From the NCBI GenBank assembly GCA_003344405.1, contig NOWV01000003.1:1116001-1180000 (forward strand): a stretch of DNA of 64,000 nt. The letters run 5' to 3'. The DNA is from Trichoplax sp. H2 (lineage: Eukaryota). The notes under the pieces are model-generated. The model worked only from the letters and a program-made list of their open reading frames with translations. It ran no database searches and was not told where the DNA came from. This document shows, piece by piece, positions 26,701 through 41,700 of the stretch. A program made the translations under genes and the position numbers. Each line of letters begins with the position of its first letter. The first letter of the stretch is position 1.

Positions 26701-29615
26701 CAGTAACTTTTACAACTGTTGATAGTATATTTACAAATCGATCGATATTGATAGCGATAGCAATAAAGTGTACCATTGACAGATTTAAATCTCCGAATAA
26801 TCTCCATAAATCCATTACTGTTGAATAACCGGTAAACAGGATAACAAATAGGCCAACAAATTTTACGCTGTATAATAAAAAATAATTAATTTTTTATTAC
26901 ATTACGGAAATTCATTTATATGCATGTTCCACAACGAAAGTTTCTAACCTAATTGCACATCCTAACGAAACGCCGGTTAAAGATAGCCATAACCACCATG
27001 ACAATGAATAAGGACTATAGTAATTTATAGCAACAATTACTGATCGCATATCAATCTACACGATCCATGAAATGCAGAATTTATACAAAATGATATGAAA
27101 GTGTTTTCTTTTACCGATTTTTAGTGTTTAAAAATTTGATACCGAAATAGGTTGACGACATGATATAGAATAATAAAATCGGATCCAGTAAGATATAACG
27201 TGATAGTGTAATAGTACCATGATCTGTTGGAATTATCATAATAGAGAATTAAATTTGAACATTTAAATTGCACATATGTTATGATGATAACTTTTCTGAA
27301 GGGCATTTTACTTCTAGATTTTTGAAATTATTAATAAATACTATAATAGATATTGTAAATGTTTAGCAATATCAACGTTATTACCGAATACAGCAAATAG
27401 AGATGCAAGGCATGAAGCTTCGACTGATTGACTTAATTCCCAGGTAATAAGGTAAACGAAAGCAACAAAGAAACATCCTAAAATTGCACAGAACTAATTC
27501 GAATAGTAAATGGTTATTTATTATTTAAAGAGCTAATAATTAAAATTTTTTACTTTTCATCGAGCCGAAACTATGTATGATTGAATATGTAAGATGATTT
27601 AATTTAATACTTACATATCTCATACCCATGACAAGGTGTCCATTAAACTTGTCTCCAGGCTTATCAAAGGCGAAGGTTCCGTTATAGCCTGTTAAGTAAC
27701 CAATTAGGCCTATCGACATCTAAATACAATTCAAGTAGAAAGTATTTAGAGTATAAATAACAAAGTCTATCATTCAATGATATCATCTGAAATGATAAAC
27801 AAAATATACAATACATTCTCAAGAAATTTAATTAATCTTGTAAAATCTTTTACTATTTAATACTCGTACTAGGTTACCTTGCCGAGAGGTGGATGAACAT
27901 CGAAAAAGAACGTTCGATTAATATACCAACTACCGTGCTTACCAAAATGGGCTTCGTCCCAACTGTGAATTATTCATTAAGTAGAATGAATTAATAAACT
28001 TTGAAAGGAATATAAGAAAGTAGTAATAATTGATAAGCAATCGTTGTGTTGATAGAATTTCGTGTGGGGTAAACATTTAAGAAGTTTACTAATTTACAAC
28101 TACAAAGTTTTATAAACGTTGGATACATTGTAATAACTTCGAATTTATATTGCTATAACGACTATACAGTGCAATTAGTGTATATTCGCATACGTGTACT
28201 GTGTACTCATAGACGTTAAGTCAGGTATCATACAGTAGTATGACAAATCGTCAATTTACCAATTACATATTTTAGCCTTATAATATGCTTTACGGGTTAA
28301 TTAATTTTAATTACTAAAAATTATTCACAATAAGAAGTGTGTGTAGAGCATTTACATGTATAACAGCTTGTGCATACAATTTAATTAATGTGAATAATTA
28401 TTTTATTGAATTCATCATATCACAGATGTTTAAAGATCTTCTGATGTTGAATCAGTCTGCAGTGTGATGACAATAACGGTATAGTGCCTTTATTGTAAGA
28501 TTAGTTACATTCACTTAGAGACGTTTTTATTTGATACTTTCAAGAAGTTTAGGCTGAATCAGGTCTAACAGCAATGATATTCCCTTTTGACGCTCATCAA
28601 AGACCATAGTACTAACATAATATTATGTCAGTCTGAGATGTATTGTATGACTTGTAAAACAACTTCAATCATGAGTTGTATTCGTAAGCAAACTTATTCC
28701 CTAAAATAGGTGTTGCTACTGTTTAATCTGTCTATAACAACTGAATTTCTTCTCTTCAGTCAGTACAAGCTTCAAGAGATTGGCATTAGGCACGTTTTAT
28801 CTACTAAAATACATGAATTAAACTGATACAGTATCATAGATTGGTCTACGATCATTAATTTAGCTGCAATCCTTTCTGACTGTGAATGCTATTATATGAA
28901 AGTAGAATATTACGACAAGCAGTAGTCTTTTTCTAATAGCTTGTGATTGTGAAAGTGAAAAAAATTTGGCCATAATTTTTCCTTACTGTATCCTAGTTAC
29001 AAGTTGCACTTAGTTGGCTACATGGTATCCATGATAACTGATCTTGATACTGTTGTATCCTACGAAATATGGTATTTATTTATAAGATGGATGGCCTATA
29101 ACTGTCTAGTAATCAATTTTGAAATCTGATCAGTAGTGATCTCTAAAATAACTATAAAAGTTTGACAAGGAATCCACTGGACTGCGCAGAATAGCACAAT
29201 TTAAAATTTGTCATGATCAGTCAAATCTCATAGAATATTTTACGAGTATATCTACCACTATGTGGAATAGTTTCATTGGCACTTTTGGGAATAGCATAAA
29301 AGAGATGGTGCGTAGGATTAGTTATTTCTATGTACCGGACCGATAATTTTAAAATTTCAAAGAGCAATCAAGTCTGTTCTGGGATTATGGAGAGATGTAC
29401 TCTTATATCGTATCCAAATTTTTTGTCATTGAATTTATACATAGATGCCATTCATCTTACCAGACATGTTGCGGTTCATCTAACTTATAAAGTCTTGTCG
29501 AACAGGTTAATAAACAAACCAGAAGAAAGCAGATAACAGGTAGATATTTACGGACATAACCAGGTTCAGTCTTTTCCTTGGAAGTTCCACGAGTGTCTGT
29601 TTTCTCCATTTTCAT
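23739..29615 (-). CDS. POMT2: Protein O-mannosyltransferase 2, many short exons
   Basis: [60 protein letters not shown]-domain [10 protein letters not shown]...[34 protein letters not shown] and C-terminal RWLSSWEI*. Confidence 0.95.
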
Positions 29616-29729
29616 CCAACGTGTTAAAGTTAGATACTGCAGGAGCAACCTTAATTGTGATTGTTACAACCGAGGATAACAATGAACTTCTACCAGCATG
29701 TAGGCTCCCTATAACCAATAACCATGGCA

Positions 29730-30110
29730 ATATACAGTACGTCTAGTACAGTACTGTACTGTACGTCCAAGCCTAGCGATAATAGTGTACAGTACAGTAC
29801 AGTACAGTACCATACCATATAGTACAGTACAACACTGAATACTGTAGAGGCCAGTTTGAGCAGTCGCAGTAGTGACAGTCCTACAGTACAGTGTAACTTG
29901 TTCTGCTAAAAGAAGTCCTGTACTGTAGAGGTCTGGTGTACTGTACACTGTACACTGTACACTCAGTGCACAGTATGGATGGAGTCCTGGTGGTGTCAAG
30001 AGATTCAGGGTGTTTTGTACTGTACCGTGTACAGTATGTGTACTGTAGATGTTAGAAGACAGATTTGCAACTACTGTACTGTACATGTACATAGTAAGTA
30101 CATGATCTGT
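29730..30110. repeat. ACAGT/TACAG array just upstream of POMT2
   Basis: Includes a run of tandem gtaca pentamers at about 29786-29810 and many degenerate copies. Confidence 0.9.
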
Positions 30111-31489
30111 AAAATTCAACCGACAGACAACACCTAAAACGTCTCAGAATATATATTTCAACACCCAAGAACTCTCTTTCTTCCACGATGTACTGCCATG
30201 ATACTTTTGCAATACTTTATGAGCCCTAGTTAGTTGAGTACACTTACTGTAGCTTTGAAGTCTTGCAATGAAATTCAAAGTCTGGCCGCACATATCGCTA
30301 TCGCTACCTACTGTTTTACGAACACTACGCGTAGACGTCTAATGACTAATACAAGATAATCAGATTATTGTGCATTATATTGTACGTATTGATGCAGTAC
30401 ACACCTCTACTCTATGCGTATTCTCGAGTTAATTACAATCACAGTGATTGGAAAACACTGAAAAAGACGCTCAGGAATTTGAATCAGGTCTATAGACCCA
30501 TTAGCTAACTTCAATTTTTAAGATACATCATACATGTACTGTACGTATAGAAAATAAATTATCCACATTTTGCTTAAAAAACTGCCTACTGACTCAAGAA
30601 TGAAATTAAAAAATTTTTCTTATCATTATTATACGAGTTGACTTTCAACTTTGAAGACTTTGATTTCTCGTTATAAGGAAATGAATGAATTTCATACTAA
30701 AAATTCGTGTACTGTAGCTCGAACAAAACTTCTTATCGGTCAATTCACAAAACGACATGTACATTGTACAGTAAGACTATGTCGTAAATACTGTACCTTT
30801 ATATTATATAATTGCTAATATGATTTGGAGCAGCTACTGCTATAAACTAATCAACTGGCTTTCCTTCATTACATGCGAATAATGCAATACAGGTTATCAA
30901 GGCAAACATTTATTTGGGTATTCAAATATGTAGACACATTGGTAGATAGAGTTCAGTAGCAAGGAATACGTCGCTTATCCAAGAGGTGAACTGCATAGTA
31001 CATACCGTACTGTACTGTATACATTCGACGTGCGTAGATGATTAATCGTAAGTCAGAAAGGAGTGGTTGCTTCCAGCGAAGATCTTTCTTGCTGTTTTTT
31101 TTTTTGGCATTCCGTTCATTTGTGAACGGGCATACACGTAAACAGTTAGTAATACACTTTAATTTAGCTGCATAGTGAATAGGCTTTCAGGCCTAACAGA
31201 CCGTACTACACACGTTCTTGTTGACCGAGTAGTACAGTAAGTAGAAGGTCTTCGTCTATAACATAAATGGTATAGCAAGCGTATTGGCCTTGTTACTTTT
31301 ACTTTTAAGCATCCTGTGATTTGAAAACTTTCGTACAACCTTGATGTGACGTAAATAAGCTTCTACTTGGACTGGCGTTTCCATCCTGATCTGATCATGT
31401 GATGGATGGTGTGATTATGCTACAATTTCTGCATTTATTTGTTTGTTTACTTATGCAAGTGCTCCACCTTTTTTTCTGAAGTCCTTATT

Positions 31490-32512
31490 AGTACAGTACA
31501 GTACTTATTAGATACCCGTACTGCTGTACTGTACTGTACACTATCCAAGTGATGTACAGTACTTTAGTTTGTAGAATGAGAAAGTTATTAAAGTGATTCT
31601 GATTTATGTCGTAAACAGAAAGGAAGCCTGGGAGTTTTTCCTTCCAAAGAAAGGTACCAGTGTCCAAGTAGACATTGTACGTACATTTACTATTCAACCG
31701 CTAAACACGGATTACAACATGCAGTACTGTACATACATCTGCATAGCCTACGTGATAATATGATGACAACAGCGGAATTTACATATTCAAAGTTAAAGTT
31801 TATCTAATCAAGTTGGAGCAGACAGCATTATACCGCCTATGCCGCCTATACGACTACGATTTGTTTTTGTCGCATCATACAGGACGTAAAAAAATTTCGG
31901 CGGTTGCAATATGGCGTACAGTATAATAGCGAATTTTAGAAGAATAACGGTACACCATCAATCGCCAAAATAAGCGGTTAACAACATTTATTTGCAGAAA
32001 ATAAACTGCACAAACATATTCATGAAGTCTTCGTCTATCTACACGTATAAAATTTCAAAGAATCAGGTCTAAAACCAAAGATATTTTTATTCACTGACTT
32101 ATCTGAAAAGAGAGGTCTCGTGCTGTACGTACACTACAGATGTTGATCATATGGGTTTTATTCGAAAATAAATCATAAAAATATTCACTGACTTATCTAG
32201 AAAGAAATTCTACACCATGTACAGTACAGTACAGTATGATAGTTTGTACGCTGTACAGTACGCTGCACTGAGTGCGCAGGTGCGCCACCCACCGGCATCG
32301 TACTGTAAAATCGAATGATGGCCGTCATCGCCGTTATCAGGTGATGTCCGAAAATACAATACAGACCCCCAGAACTGTACAGTACTTGACCATTACCTTA
32401 GTGATCACTGGACAAAGCTTTTTCTGTGGCTTCACAATGATTGTAAGCTCGTGATTAAGCATATGACCATGCAAATAAGGTGCTGTATTGTACTGTACTG
32501 TACTGTACTGTT
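31490..32512. repeat. ACAGT/TACAG arrays upstream of SPTLC2
   Basis: Runs at about 31490-31565, 32218-32265 and 32488-32510. Confidence 0.8.
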
Positions 32513-32798
32513 GTGTATTGATCGATTTTAATCATTTTAAAACGCAGCCCAGTAACTGTTGCTTTTGGCAAATCTCGCTCTGCTCGTTAGCCGCACCTAG
32601 CCCAATTGACGGTTAATTTAATTTCAACGCAGTTTTTGAAGTGTAAAGACTTTCGTATTTTAGTAACGACGTCGTATTTGGTATAGTAGAGAACACATTA
32701 CTATTGCTTAACTATTTGAAAGAGCAAAAGCCAACGTTTTCATGCTTGTATATTGCAAGTGGTAACTCCCTACAATAGTCATCAGGTGACTTCCGATC

Positions 32799-35700
32799 AT
32801 GACGGCTAGTGCTACGCTTGCGACAAAGAGAGTGACAAGATCGTCATATAAGAAGCGTTATAACAATTCCGAAGAGAACGATGAGCATCTAGACAATCAA
32901 AATGGAAATACTGGTAAAATTGACGAGATAAGTAATGATGAAGAAGAATTTGATTATTCATACGAGGCACAAGAAGAATTTGAAGAGCCGCCATTACATG
33001 TATCGATAAGTACTTACGTCAGCTATACGCTGCTGATAATGCTTGCATACTTAAAAGATATCTTAGTCAGGTATGGAATCTTGACTTTTGGTAGCAATCT
33101 ACGCAGATCCAAGATGGAGGTCAGTATAATATGCTTTCGATAGGATTCTTGAACTTGGATATCTATCAGTCATATGTAAATGTACAGTATTACAAGATAG
33201 AGAGTTGTAGTACTTTCATGATAGCTACAGTAGTTGCTTATTACCGTAGCACAGTAGCTCTGGACATTTGGAATAATATTTCAATAAAGTTGTACACTGA
33301 ATTGCAATATTGTTGATTGTACAGTACAGTACAGTCAATTTATCACATCCTATGTCACAAATGAAAATGAAACGTTAGACTAGGTTAAATATAGCAGCCA
33401 AACAGCTCATAAGAGAGTATGATATCCCAAAAAAATAGATATACTGTATGTGTAGGAGATTTAGCTTGGACGAGTACCTAGAGATATTTCACTAAAGTCA
33501 CTTTTAATTCTTGGCCCATTTTAAATGAAGTTTGTAATTCCTACCAAGACAATACGTTACTGAAACATACTCATAATAGGATGCAACCACAGATATACGT
33601 ATAAAGCTTATAGGCCTTTGCAATTTTTCTACAACAAAGAGATAGGCGTTGACAGTAATTTAGTCTTTACACACACTTTAATCTAAATTAATCGTAACAA
33701 GTGTAATTATACTCGTAATTATTAAACTCTACAGTGGAATATAGTACTGTACTGTACAGCAATACCGATATATTCGATTTTCCTCAACGTATAAAAACAT
33801 AACTAAGCAAATTTACAAGATTTGGTGTACTGTATTTATTATTGCATTTGTAGTACTGTTCGTAGTAAACTTTTTAAATAGATAGTATGCATTCGGCCAT
33901 GCCGTTAATAGATGTACTCGATGTTGTTATGATATATACAGTAGACACAACATTGTATTGTCTAAAAATGTATCATGTACTATCTCGGTATGTTACTTGC
34001 TTTGGCACCCTACTGTAATTCACTCCTACTTCCTTACCAATTTCGACCATTGCATAAGAAACCTTCGTTGTGTACATTACAATACTTATATTCCGCAATT
34101 GAAATACAGTAAAAACTACGATAGATAACTGATAAAAGCAAGTAATTTGTAACATTAAATATATTGGATTAATTATTAGACGTGATTGACGTTTTGATTT
34201 ACTATTTATGATCCCGGGAATATAGGATTTTGTGCCTCTATACTCTAACTTTGAAGCTCTGTTTACCCGATTTATTTATATGCGTATCCGAGATTGTTGG
34301 AATCGACCAATTGCTAGCGTTCCAGGTGCCGAGTTTGATGTTTTAGAAAGATATTCCACTGATAATAATTGGACATTTCAGTAAGTAAATCAAAATTAGA
34401 ATCCATAAACAGATATCTCCGTGGAGACTGGTGATTAACTCTTTCTTTTAAACCAGTTCTGCAGATTTTAGTCGATTTCATATTAGTCATATTAGTTACT
34501 ATCGTAATAATTAATCGAATTTACAGTTGTCTTTTTCTCGTGTTATTACGACACTGATAAGTCAGTGCTAATATAATAATAGGCTCAACAATCTAATTAT
34601 AATCACTATTAGGTATACTGGGCGGACAAAGCGTTGCTTAAATCTTAGTTCTTATAACTATCTTGGGTTCGCCGAAAAAAGTGGACCATGTACAGATGCA
34701 GTTGAAACAGCCATTGAAAAATATGGCCTATCTACTTGTGCATCACGCCTCGACTTTGGTAAAGAATAATTATAATCTACACGGACTAGTTATAGCTTAA
34801 GTGATAATCTTATCTATCTAAGTTACTATGTGTCAAACTACATGATCTTAAAATACTGTTGCTTTACTACTAACATTTTCGTAAATCGAATAACTTACGG
34901 ATGTAATAGATATTATATATTAATTGTAAAATATTTATTTCTATACTTTAGGCATTTTGGACGTTCACAAGCAGCTTGAGGAAAGAATGGCTGAATTTGT
35001 TGGAAAGGAAGCAGCACTAGCTTTTGGTATGGGTTTTGCTGTTAACTCTACTTGCATTCCCGCATTAGTTGGCAAGGGATGCATGATTATAAGTGACGAA
35101 TTAAATCACGCTTCAATTGTAACTGGCGCTCGCTTATCTGGTGCTAAAGTTAGCGTATATCGTCATAATGATATGGAAAACCTAGAAAAGATTTTACGTC
35201 AAGCCGTCATCAGTGGACAACCAAGAACCCATCGACCTTGGAAAAAATTATTAATTATTGTTGAAGGAATTTATAGGTGAATAAAGTCTTAAAGTCTTAA
35301 ATTTTTTAAATCTAAAAGAGTTTTGGGTTCACCAATAAATGTATATTTGCGATATATTCATCGTGATCGTAACTAAGTGCTTTTACTTTAGTATGGAAGG
35401 GTCTATAATCAAGCTACCTGAGGTGATTCGCTTAAAAAAAAAGTATGGCGCTTATCTTTTTATTGACGAAGCACATAGTATTGGTGCGCTAGGACGTACT
35501 GGTCGGGGAGTATGCGAACATTGTAGTGTAGATCCAAATGACGTGGATATCTTAATGGGAACCTTTACTAAGAGCTTTGGTGCATGTGGAGGATATATTG
35601 CATCATCTAAAGTAATACACGCTAAATCTAGTCATTTTGTGAGATATGGATGTCAATAGGGTAGCTTTAATTAATTTTCTTTTCAGGATGTCATTGACCA

Positions 35701-36452
35701 TTTGCGTGCCAACTCTCATTCTTCTGCCTATTCGGCAACTATGTCTGCTCCAATAGCACGGCAGACCTTATCTGCTCTTTCGATTATTATGAATAAAGAT
35801 GGAACTTCAGATGGTATCAAAAAGATTTACTTTTTGGAATGAATTATAGTTGAATTGTTAGATAATTGTAATAAAGTAGTATTCGTATTCACGAGTATTG
35901 TATTAAACTATGATTAATTTTAGGAAAAAACAGATTGAGAAGATTAGCTTGGAATTGCCGGTACTTTATTTTTACTGCATTACATTACTTATCAACATGC
36001 GTTGGTGCATTCTGTCAAACATGTCGCATTATTGTTATATCACGATTAATTAATGAGTATTCTATCTACTGTCTTATCTAAAAAGCTATTTTAGGAAGCG
36101 CCTAAGGGAGATGGGCTTTATGGTTTTTGGAAATAATTCTTCTCCAGTAGTTCCATTGCTTTTATTTATGCCGGGAAAGATAGCTGAGCTTAGTCGTCGA
36201 TGTCTTCAAGAAAATCTTGCTGTTGTTGTAGTTGGCTATCCAGCGACCCCATTAAATTCAGGGAGAGTTCGATTTTGTCTGTCAGCTGCTCATACTAAAG
36301 AAATGTTGGACGATGTAATATATTTAATTTCAAATTTTAGTAAAATAAATTTCTGGTGTCTAACACTGTTGTATTGATATTTTTGTATCATGTAGGCGTT
36401 GGAGAAAATCAGCAATATTGGAGACTTATTACAGTTAAAGTACAATAAATGA
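32799..36452 (+). CDS. SPTLC2: Serine palmitoyltransferase long-chain base subunit 2 (LCB2), about 9 exons
   Basis: [78 protein letters not shown]-lysine motif GTFTKSFG, and [19 protein letters not shown]. Stop TGA at 36450-36452. Confidence 0.96.
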
Positions 36453-38783
36453 TTACAGTTATAGTATACAACTTTTGAAATATTGCTGCGCGATTTTCGA
36501 ATTTTTTTTGTTACGTAGAAATGTTTTTATAAATCTGTAAATATCAACTGCTTATTTACACATCAGTAGACTAGATACGTCTAGTTATGGTGTCCTATAT
36601 CGATTTTTGATGTTATATCCGTTATTTTTAGATTCTGGAAAGGGAGATCGTCTGGCTTCTTAGTTAATTGTTAGTAATTTTAGCCACAACGTAATTAAGC
36701 ATACAATGGCCGTGTGGGCAAGTGACTTATCTATATCAATTTAATGGTATTTCATCTGTTTACCGTATCTGGTTTTGGTGCATTAAATTATAATGCGATG
36801 ATACTTATATCTCCCATAAGAAATTGTGCATAATTATAATTAAATGGTTTAAATACCGTTATGACAGCCTGTTACTACTGCGCTATACTTGCTTATATAC
36901 AGTGGTACGCTGCTCAATGCTGCATGGATGGAGTTAGATATTACATGGGAATTAATCATTTTTTTTTAGGCTAATGGTGCGCACTATTGAAGCTCCTCTA
37001 TCGGATTATCTAGATATCTACCGCTAAGGTTGCTGTTATGTTTTAAAAGTTTCAAAAATGCTGCATTGATACAGTTCATCCTTTAATGGGCTGCAGGGCT
37101 GGTGTAGTGCTTATGTATACATAGTATACTCGTATCAGATAGCAGTTTAGATTATATATGTAAAATATAATGTATTTAAATTGTTGCACCCACACGATGT
37201 ATAACGATAAAGAGGCAGTTGCTGTAAATTTACTTACTACTTATTAATGCACGGTACTGCATACTGTAGTTGTAGATATTGGTATTGCAGTAACACTCTG
37301 CCCGGTTTTCCAAATTTTATAAAGATACTATACTGATTTGAAGTATAGATTTAGTGTACGTAGCCTTACTTGCATCCTACACTATAAAATGAATATGCAA
37401 CATTAATTTGGTATAATACTACCTTCGAGTGATAGTTACCGTTCACTGCACATTACAGCTATGCGCATGTTAAATATTTTATACGGATGTCTCTAACATA
37501 ATTTCTAGGATAAGAAGTTGAAATTACATAAATAAACATTGCAATCTAACGGATTGATATCATTAACACAAAAGAGAACGATTACAGTATAAGTATCTCA
37601 TGTACGATCTGGTTTTAAGGTACTGTACAGTATAAGTAAGTAGTAGCAGGTACTGTAGCAAGTAGAATTACTCCAAGACTTGGTGCTAGATGGGTAATAT
37701 ACAGAGAAATTGCAACAGTGTTTAATTAATTATTATGCAGTCTGCAGTAATGCGAAATAAAATAATCGACAACCCTGTGTTTCCTTAATAGCTTCTATCA
37801 GTTAATGAAGGAGTTACGCTTTTTATTCTTATCACTAATAAATGGCACGTGATATGCCATATTTATATGAAGAGTTATTACCAGTTCCATATACGTAGAA
37901 CTAGGAAGGTCCGTATTGTAAATTTTTATGCAGTGAGACATGCAAAGGCTGTTTACTAAGTCTTTCATTTAAAAATGTTTTAATACGAGATTAAAGTACA
38001 ACGAGAACCTTCTTTTACTCATATCTCTATAGTTAGCTACACATATACGGTTACCAAAAGAAAGCGACTGAAATAAAATGTTGTAATAATTACAACTTGC
38101 CAAGATACGAGTACAATGTAAAAGTAAGGGTCCTCTTTTTAAATTGCAAATCGTACTCGGGTGATCTAATACACATATAGCAACTAGATTCTGACAGTCA
38201 GTTATCGACCATCACTTCATCAGTGAAAGATCAAAATTATTATTGAAGATAATGCAATATTCTATAACTAAACCATCAGGTTCATCGAGCATAGACGGAA
38301 GATGTTCCAATTTTATAATTTCATTTTATTAACCTGGCACACCTTAATTAACTCTTTAATTAAGAAGAAAATAAACGTGATAAAATTCTACTTAATCTTT
38401 ATTCAAAGTTAGGTTACAAATTAACGCTATTTTCTGATGAGAACTAGAATACCAATATTCAAGCCATTAATTGTTGGACCCTCAGGAATACAATTGATGG
38501 ATGATTTAAGGGTACTCATTCAGTTAAGCAGCACTTATAGCTTATAATATAACATGCTACACTTTCGACAATACATAAAAACGAAAGAAAGGAAACGGTT
38601 AATTCAATATCTTAAATGCTATTGCTTGCTCTTTACAAATAAGTACTCTTAGTCATTTTCTTCTTTCCATAGTGGAGGTTATGGATTAGACCAATTAATT
38701 ATAATTACCATAAATTAAAAGTAAACCCTATTAATTAATATTTATTTTAATAATTTTAATTGCTATCTTGAAAAATTTGCTGT

Positions 38784-41700
38784 TTATTGACTTGGACTTG
38801 CATCCAATCCTTCAGACATATTATCAATAATCACTCCGTATAGTCTCGCCCAAGATGTCTTAATTTCTGGCGTAAATCTCTCGCCCAAACCTTGTTCTAA
38901 TGTGTGTAGCAACGCATCACCAACCGGCTATTTCAAAAATGCAATCAATCGTAAATTTTACTTGCATTAATAATTCAACAAAAATGTACTACTAGTTGAT
39001 AATTATCTTTAGATAATATAATTTCAGCGTAGTAAAAAAGTGCACGTTTACCCATCTGTTAATCAAATGTTACGCACAACATGGATATTTAAAAAACGTA
39101 CATGATGATTTTATAAGAGAGTTTTAGAGATAATTTGGCTAAGAATATTATTTATTATTGATCATGGTCTAGACTTGTAGTGCAGCCCCAAATATAGCTT
39201 AGATTACTATTATAAGACTGTACGAGAATAACTTAACTTGTAAGCTAGAGTGTAAGATTGTGTAAGAGTCTATTTGTAGAAGATGTTTACAGTACGTTTT
39301 GTAGCGAATCTATTAAGATGTTTATATAAAGATCTGAGATATACAAATGTAAATAGATTTGCGCTTAGTATGTTAGTACTGTAAGTATTGTATTGTAATG
39401 CTTTAAATAGACGCGCGATTTACGAATAGATTGCGCTATAGTAAATTTAGATCTGATCTTGCGACTTAATGGGCAAGATAAGATTTGTTACAGTAAAAGC
39501 ATTCTGTAACTAATCGTATATAAATCGTGAATTTTGCTGTAATAAGTAGATTGTCAGATAGTCAGATAGTCCTTGGTAGTTAGACGAACCTAACTTCTGT
39601 AATAAAGTGAAATTTGCAAGAAACTGTAGTTCTTGATTTATTGTTTTGAAGATCACTTTATCACAAGACTCNNNNNNNNNNNNNNNNNNNNCTAGTTGAT
39701 AATTATCTTTAGATAATATAATTTCAGCGTAGTAAAAAAGTGCACGTTTACCCATCTGTTAATCAAATGTTACGCACAACATGGATATTTAAAAAACGTA
39801 CATGATGATTTTATAAGAGAGTTTTAGAGATGATTTGGCTAAGAATATTATTTATTATTGATCATGGTCTAGACTTGTATGGGCAAGATAAGATTTGTTA
39901 CAGTAAAAGCATTCTGTAACTAATCGTATATAAATCGTGAATTTTGCTGTAATAAGTAGATTGTCAGATAGTCAGATAGTCCTTGGTAGTTGGACGAACC
40001 TAACTTCAGTAATAAAGTGAAATTTGCGAGAAACTGTAGTTCTTGAATTATTGTTTTGAAGATCACTTTATCACAAGACTCATATCCGATTTTACATTAA
40101 ATATTCTTCATTGTATTTATATAATAGCGTCGTGATTAGTTAGTCAGAAATAGCTAGCAAATGATCATCTTACCGTCATGATGATATTTACCTTAAGTAT
40201 TTGTTAAACTAAATATGCGTTCATACAATAAAGTACCCGATACTTGTCAGCTATCAGTTAATTCATGGCTACTTCTTTTTCACTCGCGCAAAATGTTATT
40301 GTAGTATCGTAATCGCTACAGCATTTTCTATAATACTCCCATTCCCTTATTTGTTTATAGTGTAATGTAGATACGGTATTAGGTTACTATCTTATCCATA
40401 GATATATTTCTTGTACTGAAGGAATTTTACACGTTTCGAATTTTCTTAGAAGCCCCTGCATTTGCGTTATATACTGTACTGTATAAAATGTATATGCATC
40501 TTCAGTATTGTAAAGTAGGTGAGATTTAGTTGTTAATTCTCGCGAATGCTTATAAGTTATAACCGGAGATGTATAATTTGTAGGAACCTGTTATTCCTCC
40601 TTCACCTTTAAATAAAGTATTCATGTGATCTACAGCGGCACCTACCGTAGTGAAGACCGATACATTCGGGCTCGTAAGCTCGATGGTAACGACTTCACAA
40701 TTGTATTAATGCTACATACATAACAGTAGGCTCTACTATATTCTGAGAATACCGCCTTTCGTCAAACGATAACATAAAATTATTCCATTTATTCTGTTGT
40801 ATATATACTAATACTAGATGATCAATACAAAACGCATATCTAAAATTCTGAAATTCTCAATCCAATCTATATAACCAAATTTTTAAGTCTAGAACAGTAA
40901 TTTACGTTTCCTATATTAGATAGAAATTACTACAATTTATGATTACCTTGAAGTATTCTTTCTTCACGTTGTATTGAGCATGAGATGATCCTAACTGCTT
41001 CAGTAATACTGTCAAAGCTGGAAGATTATCGATACCCTTAACTGCGTGATCAATAGTTTCCATAACGCGTGTTGTATGAAATACAAAATTTTCATTGGTT
41101 GCTAGTTGGTCATGAGGTACGTCTTTTATCTTTTCAAATAAACGTTGAACATCGGGATGTTGCTCAAAAAGCCTAGTGACGATACCAAGAAAAACAGATA
41201 TTATTAGATGATGGCCTTATCGTACATAACATGTAAATAGGGCAAGTGATGGTCGTAATTTATTATACCATATGTAGCTATATTGAATTCTATCTGTAAA
41301 CTGCGTAGCATAGTTATTGGTAAGGATTTGTTTTGATTATTGGATAATTATTACGTACTTTATTAAAGAAACGATAGTGTACAATATTGCTCGCTTAAAT
41401 TTTACCCTCATCTAGTTTTATTACCTAATCGTGTAACTTTTCGATTTGGAGATAAAGATAATATTTGAGTGATACTATACTAATAATGATATAAATACGA
41501 TGAAATACTGTTAAACATTTCTCGTTAGGGCCCAGGTGAGGCGGAAATAGCAACCGGGTTAACAGAGTAGAGCTCAGGATGTGACATATTCTATAGTACA
41601 GCTAAAACAGCCATAATAAAATTCATAAAGCTATCTAACTTTACGTAGCGTAATTATTGTTCAAATAATAACTATTGAGAGAGAAGTACTGTAATCTAGG

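Noticed and set aside
30940..31420. Possible ncRNA between POMT2 and SPTLC2 (ccgttca/tgaacgg hairpin after a T-run)
   Set aside because: Only a 7-bp stem, and no recognisable snRNA, snoRNA or tRNA boxes.
38992..40081. True tandem duplications around the N gaps (also 50874-51966)
   Set aside because: Near-identical flanks abutting fixed 20-N gaps are typical of uncollapsed haplotypes.
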